This document shows, one piece after another, positions 1-7,529 of a stretch of DNA of 64,000 nt. The number at the start of each line of letters is the position of its first letter. Positions within the stretch are counted from its first letter, which is position 1. Under the pieces are notes generated by a model. It saw only the letters and a program-made list of their open reading frames with translations, made no database searches and had not been told where the DNA came from. The position numbers and the translations under genes were made by a program. The DNA lies in the NCBI GenBank assembly GCA_029573715.1, contig JAKQDR010000172.1, positions 112,241 to 176,240 of the forward strand, in the 5' to 3' direction. The stretch is from a bacterium. GTDB lineage: Bacteria > Patescibacteriota > Microgenomatia > UBA1406 > GWC2-37-13.

Positions 1-2
1 CG

Positions 3-638
3 CTGGACTATTGTGTCCCGGCGCCCACCCCCACCGCCACTTCGACGCCCACGCGTACGCCGACGACGCCTCCTCCCACGGCCACCGCGACCTGGACGCC
101 CTCCCCCACACCGACGACGCCTCCTCCCACGGCCACCGCGACCTGGACGCCGACGTCAACGGCCACAGCCACGCCGACGGCTACGCCCCCCACCGCGACG
201 CCAACCGCGACGAGCGTACCCCCGACGCCGACGGTCAGCCCTACGACAACTCCGACCACCCCCCCAGTCTGCGAAGGGGTGGTCATCAAGCTTTCCAAGC
301 GATCCGACGGGGGTAGCTGGGTCGCTTTTGGCAATCCGAGCGGCTATCCCTCGGCCGTGTTTTGGTATGGTCTCCCGCCATACCACTACACTTGGGAGCT
401 TCGTTTCGAGTTAACTGGTAGACCGGGAGTTGTCTACCAGTGGACCCATGTAGAGGTGAACGGTGCGGGGCAAGCGCAGCGGCCCAACCCGTTCACCTAT
501 GGTCCGTTCACGCCGTATGGAGCCTACCACTTCCTTTTCACTGGTAGCGCCGACGGAGTCGCATGTGGACAGTGGGATTTCGGCGGCAACGCCGACCCCA
601 TTGTTTACGAGGTATTTCTGCCTATCGTGATAAGGTAG
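3..638 (+). CDS. 3' part of a secreted/surface protein gene: long Pro/Thr-rich linker plus ~120-aa C-terminal domain (5' end outside window)
   Basis: Frame 3 is open from the window edge to TAG 636-638. It reads ...PTPTATSTPTRTPTTPPPTATATWTP... then VCEGVVIKLSKRSDGGSWVAFGN... Track ORF 279..638 is only the tail. Third codon positions are GC-rich. Confidence 0.6.
   Translation: MDYCVPAPTPTATSTPTRTPTTPPPTATATWTPSPTPTTPPPTATATWTPTSTATATPTATPPTATPTATSVPPTPTVSPTTTPTTPPVCEGVVIKLSKRSDGGSWVAFGNPSGYPSAVFWYGLPPYHYTWELRFELTGRPGVVYQWTHVEVNGAGQAQRPNPFTYGPFTPYGAYHFLFTGSADGVACGQWDFGGNADPIVYEVFLPIVIR
60..151 (+). repeat. exact 41-nt direct repeat (60-100 and 111-151, period 51) inside the Pro/Thr linker
   Basis: CCGACGACGCCTCCTCCCACGGCCACCGCGACCTGGACGCC occurs twice, read directly. 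Confidence 0.9.
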
Positions 639-745
639 GCAGGAACGGGGCGCAGGTCCCCGTTATCACCCTGCCTGAAACTTTCTCGGGGGTTCGCCGG
701 AATGGCGCGCCGGCGGACCCCCGTTCATTAGCTCTTCGGAAACCT

Positions 746-771
746 GCCCCTCACCACATGTGGTGAGGGGC
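746..771. repeat. perfect 26-nt palindrome GCCCCTCACCACATGTGGTGAGGGGC (copy 1 of 3 near-identical palindromes)
   Basis: Read directly. It lies ~110 nt after the stop of the GC-rich gene and has no T-tract after it. Confidence 0.9.
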
Positions 772-805
772 GGGCAATCCTTTTACAAACAAACATTGAT
801 TATTG

Positions 806-898
806 TTCGAGCGAAACGAAGCCACGTCAGACGTGGCGAAGTGCAGTCGAGAACCAAACCATTGGGACTTCTCGATTTCGCGTTCGCTCAACTCGAAG
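806..898 (+). repeat. ~90-nt structured intergenic repeat, copy 1 (TTCGAGCG ... CTCGAAG)
   Basis: CTTCTCGATTTCGCG (868-882) and GTCGAGAAC (846-854) are exact reverse complements of 8906-8920 and 8932-8940. The element has terminal TTCGAG/CTCGAA and internal TCGAGAA/TTCTCGA inverted repeats, plus hairpin GCCACGTCAGACGTGGC (821-837). Confidence 0.75.
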
Positions 899-947
899 CG
901 TAATCAAAGTTCAAACAAACGCAGAAAACAGATTCAAACCAAAAACT

Positions 948-2732
948 ATGTTCATATCTATTCGTCATTTGAGCCAAAGGCTCATCCGCCTATGGAGGAT
1001 ACCATTAGCCATTCGCCTATTGTTATTAGTGCTCTTCTTCCATCTCGTTGGCAACGTCGTATGGATTGCGCTCAATCAATCACCTCCTTCGTGGGATGAA
1101 GCAAACCATATCCGACGAAGCGTGCAATACACCTATTTCATCCAAGATCTTTTGGCAGGAAAGCCTGATTGGGGTATGGCATGGGATAGCTTTCAGGATG
1201 GCTATGGGCCACTCGTGCGTATCATCACGGGTATCTTCATGCTTTTTGCTGGTGTCGGTGTGGTGCAGACTCAAATAGTCTCGACACTATTTTTCCTTGC
1301 GACTATCGTGGCAGTGTATTTGCTTGCACGGGAAATAGCGAATAGCGAAACAGAAAACTGGCGAAGACATCTGTTTTGCGCAGTCAACGGGGTTCTCCCG
1401 AGGGGTACGTCGCAAGCAAAACACGGTGTCGAGACACAACAGCACTTCCCATCAACAATTATTGCGATAAGTACAGCACTGGTATTTTCATTCTATCAAC
1501 TTATCTATGCGCATTCGCGCTGGCTTCTTCTGGATATCCCCGTAACTTTATTTACAACACTTTCATACCTTTTCCTCATAAAAAGTGGATGGGGATGCAA
1601 ACGAAAAGAGACCATACTAGCAGGTGTGCTTGCCGCATGCGCAATGCTCACCAAGGCACAGGCTGTGGTGTATTTTGTAATTCCAGCTCTTTATGTTGTT
1701 GTGCGAATAGCGAATGGCGAATGGCGGATCAGATTACTTAATCTAGCTATCTCGCTCATCGTTTGCTTGTTACTCTTCTCCCTCTGGGCGCTTCCTAACC
1801 TTACCCACATGTACGAATACGTCAAAGCAGGCGCAACCATACGGCTTAATCATCCCGATGATCTGCGCTCCATCACGACCTGGACATTTTATCTAAAACT
1901 CATCATTAACAACATTACCACGCTGTGGGGGTTTTTGCTGTGGATACCTGCATGTTTTATCTTTCTGCGAAAGCATAAGAAACACACGCTTTTTATCATA
2001 TCCGTTGTTATTGGATATTATCTTTGGTTTAGCCTAATCTCAAACAAAGACTTGCGGTTCATATATCCCATATTCCCCATGTTTGCATACATTGGTGCAT
2101 ATGGATGGGCTCGCATTCTCATATATCTGCACGACAAGCGAAAAGCAGTATGGATGGGTGTTGCAATTGCAACCCTCTTGGTATTTCTCGTGTTTCAAAT
2201 CACTATGTACACAGTTCTCTCCTTCGGATGGCCATTTCCAAAAAATATTACCTCATATGTATTGGTGCCAGGCATAGATGATATTACGGTGCTTAATACC
2301 GCATCAGATTATCCAGTCAAAGCATACGGGGCGGACAAATGGCCTGTGCAAGAACTCGCGCAAGATCTAAAAGATTATTTCGCGGACAAACCGTTCACCT
2401 ATGTATTTCTTGTTCCGAATTTTGAATACTTTAATAACAACACCATCACATTGGAGCTTACTCGGATCCGCGCGCAAAATGTAGTGCTCATGGGCGGGAT
2501 AAACAAACAATCGTTTGAAAACCCGAGAGAATTGGATGACTTTGTCAAGCAGTATGCGCATTTCATTTATGTTGAAGGGGAATTCGGCCCCTACTTCCAG
2601 TGGGACAGGGCGTTTTATGCACAAGTACAACAGTATGTAGCGGATATCTATTCCCTAGGAAGGTCAAAGACACACAAATCATATCAGTTGCCCAATGGTC
2701 AGATAGTGCATTGGTTCATTATTGATCCATGA
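948..2732 (+). CDS. polytopic membrane glycosyltransferase, GT39 / ArnT-PMT-like (GT-C fold)
   Basis: 594-aa ORF with many hydrophobic segments. The N-terminal loop motif SPPSWDEANH resembles the conserved acidic loop of ArnT/PMT-type enzymes. Its stop overlaps the next start (ATGA 2729-2732). Confidence 0.6.
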   Translation: MFISIRHLSQRLIRLWRIPLAIRLLLLVLFFHLVGNVVWIALNQSPPSWDEANHIRRSVQYTYFIQDLLAGKPDWGMAWDSFQDGYGPLVRIITGIFMLFAGVGVVQTQIVSTLFFLATIVAVYLLAREIANSETENWRRHLFCAVNGVLPRGTSQAKHGVETQQHFPSTIIAISTALVFSFYQLIYAHSRWLLLDIPVTLFTTLSYLFLIKSGWGCKRKETILAGVLAACAMLTKAQAVVYFVIPALYVVVRIANGEWRIRLLNLAISLIVCLLLFSLWALPNLTHMYEYVKAGATIRLNHPDDLRSITTWTFYLKLIINNITTLWGFLLWIPACFIFLRKHKKHTLFIISVVIGYYLWFSLISNKDLRFIYPIFPMFAYIGAYGWARILIYLHDKRKAVWMGVAIATLLVFLVFQITMYTVLSFGWPFPKNITSYVLVPGIDDITVLNTASDYPVKAYGADKWPVQELAQDLKDYFADKPFTYVFLVPNFEYFNNNTITLELTRIRAQNVVLMGGINKQSFENPRELDDFVKQYAHFIYVEGEFGPYFQWDRAFYAQVQQYVADIYSLGRSKTHKSYQLPNGQIVHWFIIDP

Positions 2733-5629
2733 AAAAGTACATGCACCATATTGTCGCACTAGCGATTTTGACGAGCATCGCAGTCTTTGTGCTCACTCGT
2801 AATTATGTGCCAGGCACCACGATTGCCGGATGGGATGATTTGCATCCAGAATTTGATTTCGGCCTCGCATTATCGCGGACTTTTGAAGGTGTGTGGCGTG
2901 CCGATCAGGGGTTGGGCACTGTTGCAGGGCACTCGCATATGGTAGAGATGCCGCGCATCGTGGTCTTGTGGTTGATATCACATTTTGTACCTACAGAGCA
3001 GGTGCGGTTTGCATTTGTTGCATTGAGCATGCTTTTTGGCGTGTGGGGCATGTACGCATTTGTGTACTATATTTCAAGATACTTTGGCACCCATCTCCCA
3101 CACCATCTCACTTATACCCGTTCGGCAGTTGCCGTTATAGCGAGTCTCATATATATGCTCCACATCGGAGTAATACAGCAATTCATATTGCCGTTTGAGA
3201 TGTTTATGGTGCAGTTTGCTTTGACGCCATGGCTCATGCTGGGAGCATTGAGTTATGTTACATCAAGAAACACAATACATCTTCTCATTTTTGCATGTAT
3301 CACATTTTTCTATTCCTCTACTGCATATGCCGCTACTTTGTGGTATGTCTTTTTTGGAATGTTTCTACTTTGGGCTTTTGGGTATGTGCGCAAACGCACT
3401 ATCCGTCCTTTTCTCATATTGTTTATAGTATTTCTTGCGATGAATCTGTATTGGCTGGGTCCTAATATCTACTTTGCAATGCAAAGAGGTCATGAAGTGC
3501 AAACATCAAAAATTAACACCATCTTTTCACCGGATATATTTGCGGCTAACAAGCAGTTTGGAAATCCTGCGGACGCACTTCTTTTGAAAGGGTTTCTCTT
3601 TGATTGGAAAGTGTATGATCATCAGTCGCAGGAACATGTGCAGATCATGCAAGCATGGCGTGACCATCTACAAAACCCATGGGTTCGTACTCTATCTTAT
3701 ACTCTGTCACTTATTGCTCTGCTGGGTATTATTCTCTCATTAGTATTGCGCAATCGTATTGTAGCTTCATTTGCAGTGTTCTTCCTAGTGCCGCTAATGA
3801 TGCTTCTTAATGGAATGTGGCCCATAAGTGGTTGGTATGAAACGCTCTCTCACCATATTCCTCTTGCTAAAGAAGCACTCAGGACACCATTTACCAAGGT
3901 ATCTATTCCCGCTGTGTTTGGCATCGCACTCTTTTTTGCGTATGTGCTTTCTTTTATCTGTCGTTTAAGCAAATGGATGCGATGTGGTTTACTCGTTCTC
4001 TTTGCCATAGCTATACTGTGGGTGGGATGTCCGGCTTTTTACGGCGGATACATTCATAAATCTGTGCAGATACGTATACCTATAGAATACAAAGATGTAT
4101 TTACCTATTTCAGAAGTCAACCACCTCATGCCCGTGTGGCCTTGTTTCCGCTGCATACGTTTTGGAATTGGACACACTATGCATGGGGATACCAGGGAGC
4201 AGGGTTTCTACAGTTTGGGATACCCCAACCAATACTCGACAGAGATTATGACAGATGGAGCAAATACAATGAACAATACAATCGAGAGATGTCGTATGCG
4301 CTGTATGCTCAAAACTCCCTCATATTAGCCCATACGCTCAATAAATATAATGTTGATTACATACTCGTTGACACTAGTGTTTTTGAGCCTTCCCTCCCTT
4401 CTCAACACAGTTTGCTTCATTGGCTTATGCCAGAATATATTGCACAGACACAACTGTTTGAGGAGCCAGTGCAGTTTGGGGACCATATCTTGATATACAA
4501 ACGGCGTATGCAATTATCTCCGCAAGTATCACTCGTGCCAGACGCGATTGAGTTTGCTGCATCAACAGCACAAAGCCCGATGGACGCTCAGTATATTTCT
4601 GTAGGTAACTACTATACAAATGTATCTCATGACACTACCGATAGTACACAAAGTCAAATAGAACGCTCACCCAATTACGTAAATAGCGAATGGCGTGCAG
4701 ATTTCTCACGGGATAATTGGGGCATATGTGCCGAGGTGCATGATGGTCAGTCAAAAAGAGTGCGTGAAAACAATAGAGTATTGTACGAGGCATATGATAC
4801 TAATCTATGTGAAACCGTAGAATTTATAGAAGTAGATCATGCAAAGGCATATGAGCTCTCCATTACTCATGAGAATCTGGAGGGCCGACCTATCATGATT
4901 TGTCTAAAAAATTTGCTCACCGGGCATTGTGACGTAAATGAGCAGCTAACGTCAGGGTCACAAAAGCGCACAGATCGCTTTGCTGTGCAACCTCTTTGGG
5001 ATTATGGGTTCGGATATCAGCTTGAGCTGACCACCATCGCGAGAGGGCGAGGAGTAAGTCGCAACAATCTATATGATGTTGTTTTGCGTGAAGTAGAAAA
5101 AGAAATAGTGATAAGAGATGTTTCAGACAACAATATACAAATTGAATATGAGGATACATCACGGTATTGGAAAGAAGTCAAGGTTCAAACTAATATGAAA
5201 AAATTAGAACCTCAGCTACTTGTTCTCAACCAAGCCTACTCACCGGGGTGGATAGGGCTTTCGGTTCAAAGTTTAAAGTTCAAGGTTCATGGATTTGAGA
5301 TGTACTTACCAACATTAGTATTACTCCCCCATGTGAAGGTGAATGGGTGGGCGAACGGTTGGTCAATCGATAGTACAGAGTACAAAGTACAGGGTACAGA
5401 GCACAAAGAACTCAGCGCTCAGCACCCCGCTGAGATTTCAAAGAGCAAGAAGCAATCTAATCTAAGCACCATGAACCATGCGCCAAGCACCAAGAGCTAT
5501 GCACCAAGCACAAAAGTTCTCCTCCTCTTCTGGCCTCAATATTTGCAGTATGTGGGGTTTGGAATACTCTTGTTGACAATGGGCGTGCTTATCGGAATAC
5601 GCACAGTTAACCTAATAAAGGTCAGATAA
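2729..5629 (+). CDS. large (966 aa) polytopic membrane protein, probable GT-C type glycosyltransferase (AftD/DUF3367-like N-terminus) with extracytoplasmic C-terminal domain and C-terminal TM anchor
   Basis: Long ORF translationally coupled to the upstream GT39-like gene. The N-terminal half has more than 10 hydrophobic segments. The N-terminus GWDDLHPEFDF...W..DQGLG resembles AftD-like proteins by eye only. Confidence 0.5.
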   Translation: MKKYMHHIVALAILTSIAVFVLTRNYVPGTTIAGWDDLHPEFDFGLALSRTFEGVWRADQGLGTVAGHSHMVEMPRIVVLWLISHFVPTEQVRFAFVALSMLFGVWGMYAFVYYISRYFGTHLPHHLTYTRSAVAVIASLIYMLHIGVIQQFILPFEMFMVQFALTPWLMLGALSYVTSRNTIHLLIFACITFFYSSTAYAATLWYVFFGMFLLWAFGYVRKRTIRPFLILFIVFLAMNLYWLGPNIYFAMQRGHEVQTSKINTIFSPDIFAANKQFGNPADALLLKGFLFDWKVYDHQSQEHVQIMQAWRDHLQNPWVRTLSYTLSLIALLGIILSLVLRNRIVASFAVFFLVPLMMLLNGMWPISGWYETLSHHIPLAKEALRTPFTKVSIPAVFGIALFFAYVLSFICRLSKWMRCGLLVLFAIAILWVGCPAFYGGYIHKSVQIRIPIEYKDVFTYFRSQPPHARVALFPLHTFWNWTHYAWGYQGAGFLQFGIPQPILDRDYDRWSKYNEQYNREMSYALYAQNSLILAHTLNKYNVDYILVDTSVFEPSLPSQHSLLHWLMPEYIAQTQLFEEPVQFGDHILIYKRRMQLSPQVSLVPDAIEFAASTAQSPMDAQYISVGNYYTNVSHDTTDSTQSQIERSPNYVNSEWRADFSRDNWGICAEVHDGQSKRVRENNRVLYEAYDTNLCETVEFIEVDHAKAYELSITHENLEGRPIMICLKNLLTGHCDVNEQLTSGSQKRTDRFAVQPLWDYGFGYQLELTTIARGRGVSRNNLYDVVLREVEKEIVIRDVSDNNIQIEYEDTSRYWKEVKVQTNMKKLEPQLLVLNQAYSPGWIGLSVQSLKFKVHGFEMYLPTLVLLPHVKVNGWANGWSIDSTEYKVQGTEHKELSAQHPAEISKSKKQSNLSTMNHAPSTKSYAPSTKVLLLFWPQYLQYVGFGILLLTMGVLIGIRTVNLIKVR

Positions 5630-5643
5630 ACAGCAGATTGCAC

Positions 5644-6630
5644 TCACTTTACCACACGGTCCCTTCCATTTTTATAACGTATACAGTGTAATAGTTCATT
5701 CACTAAGGCGGCGAAATGCTGTTCATAGTTTTTACCCGTCCCACTGGAGGAGTGTTTTTTAAAAGGGATTACTTTTTTCACCTGTATGATGCGCTTTTGA
5801 TAGTTTTCCCCTGGAGCAATTGTGGGGTCAACCTCAAGTGACAAAGTACACACAATATCTCCTTCTTCACTAAGTTCCATTCGGTAGATGGCGCCTGGGT
5901 TATCATTCGGTGTATATGCCACTTCAATATACGGATTGCAGCATTCTGCAGTTTCTAAGATTTGATGAATCGTCGCAGGGTCATGTAGTCCATTCATTCT
6001 GCTCAGTGCAATGCTCGCTTCTTGCTTTGATGCGCCGTCTAGTTCTACAAGTGGTGCACCAGATGGTCTTTCATATTGAATATTTCGTTGAGGGGCGAGT
6101 CTCAGCGTGCACCTATCATTTGGTGGAAAATGAGATGATGGGTTTAGAGGTCGAAGCTCCAATTCATATACAACAGGGAATTTGTATGTGGCACCATATA
6201 CAAGCTCTTCACCGTCGGGGGAATGTTTATATGCACGAGGATTTGAGTTGATGAGTCGTTCTTCGGGGAGAATATTCATGGCACCTAGTTCACCTTTCTG
6301 ACTGCTCCCTGCTGGATTACCTAGTTGAAAAGTACCTTCTATTATATGTATGAGTTTTGACACGGCAGGCGAAAATAATATTTCTGTAATGCCTCGATCG
6401 ATATGAGGCGCGGTGTTATGCAGGGCGAGTGTGGTTTCAAGTGCCAAGGCCTGAGTGATCATTCGGTGCCACTGAGACCGTTGAGGTTCGGACAAGAATG
6501 GAAAGAGGTCAGGGGTTGTTTCAACTTTACAAGGTCCTTCTGGAGCGGGGAAGTCTACCAGTGGGAGTAGCATATCCGGTCGACGGGACAGCATAGGTTC
6601 AAAAGGGAGATTTTGTTCCGAAGGCGTCAT
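5644..6630 (-). CDS. hypothetical protein (328 aa), no motif recognised
   Basis: Long ORF convergent with 2729..5629. Amino-acid composition looks ordinary. The function is unknown. Confidence 0.6.
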   Translation of the reverse strand: MTPSEQNLPFEPMLSRRPDMLLPLVDFPAPEGPCKVETTPDLFPFLSEPQRSQWHRMITQALALETTLALHNTAPHIDRGITEILFSPAVSKLIHIIEGTFQLGNPAGSSQKGELGAMNILPEERLINSNPRAYKHSPDGEELVYGATYKFPVVYELELRPLNPSSHFPPNDRCTLRLAPQRNIQYERPSGAPLVELDGASKQEASIALSRMNGLHDPATIHQILETAECCNPYIEVAYTPNDNPGAIYRMELSEEGDIVCTLSLEVDPTIAPGENYQKRIIQVKKVIPFKKHSSSGTGKNYEQHFAALVNELLHCIRYKNGRDRVVK

Positions 6631-6798
6631 GGATGTATTGATTTTGTAACGATATTAAGATACCAGGGTATAGGGTAAATTACAAACCAAGGCAGTACAT
6701 ATAGCATAGGCTACGTCACACACTTCAAATGCTATAGACGAGGTGCGACACTCATATTCTGAGACATCTGTACCATGATACAACTAAACCTATAGTAC

Positions 6799-6827
6799 TT
6801 GACAAGGGGTTTTAAATCTGGTAATAT
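6799..6827 (+). promoter_or_regulatory. sigma70-like promoter candidate: TTGACA - 17 nt - TAATAT
   Basis: TTGACA at 6799-6804 and TAATAT at 6822-6827, read directly. It lies in a long AT-rich spacer, and the first downstream plus-strand CDS starts at 7530. Confidence 0.4.
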
Positions 6828-7225
6828 GAACCTGTTCAAACATCCCAAACGGACACGTCTGGAGGTTTTTATACCCTAGAAATGTTCGGGATGAAAGGAC
6901 AAAATCGCCCCACGTCGCATAAAGCTATGCGGGGCAAGCACCTTAACAAATCGCTTTGTAAGTAGTGGAGAGACAGAGGATATTCTCATTTCATCGTTAT
7001 GTTTCGAGCGTAGTCGAGAAATCGATGAGCACGAGATATAACACCATAGGTTCATCATACCAATCACGCTTTGCATGTGAACGATATGCTGCCCTATAAC
7101 ATATGAGGATATTCACTCAACTCTCCTCTACCATACAATTTTGCATGATAGATTTTAATTTAGTTAGTATAAGTGAATCCTCCAACAGGATTTGAGAAAG
7201 AATCGAAAGCGCCACGCCACAAAGC

Positions 7226-7352
7226 TTTTTTTGGTGGAAATAAGGATCAAAAATATCAAGTTCAATGTTCATAGTTCAAAGTTCATGGATAAAACCATGC
7301 ACCACGAACCATGCACTATGAACCATACTTTGGTTTTTGTTCCCACCAAAAG
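7226..7352. repeat. long imperfect hairpin built from two opposed heptamer arrays, at the left border of GC island 2
   Basis: The outer arms are CTTTTTTTGGTGGAA (7225-7239) and GTTCCCACCAAAAG (7339-7352). The inner arms are CAAGTTC AATGTTC ATAGTTC AAAGTTC (7257-7284) and CACCACG AACCATG CACTATG AACCATA (7300-7327). Confidence 0.7.
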
Positions 7353-7516
7353 GGCTCGCAGGCCGGCGCAGTGCGCACGACCCCCCCTGGCCAACCGGCC
7401 GGAGCCCAAGCCAAAAATGCCTTCAGTATTTCGGAAGGCACAAGTGCGCGGGCTTAGGTGGCCGCGCGACTCGATTTCTTCAACCGCCGGCCTTAAAAAC
7501 CGGCACACTTCCGTAC

Positions 7517-7521
7517 GGAGG
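7517..7521 (+). promoter_or_regulatory. Shine-Dalgarno GGAGG 8 nt upstream of ATG 7530
   Basis: The sequence is cGGAGGaaagtttcATG. Most native start codons I inspected in this window lack such a motif. Confidence 0.6.
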
Positions 7522-7529
7522 AAAGTTTC

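Noticed and set aside
1703-1730. GCGAATGGCGAATGGCG resembles the GAATGGCGAATGG string of lacZ-alpha cloning vectors (possible vector contamination)
   Set aside because: The identity is limited to ~13-15 nt. It sits inside an intact membrane-protein ORF and is explained by local GCGAATR heptamer repetition.
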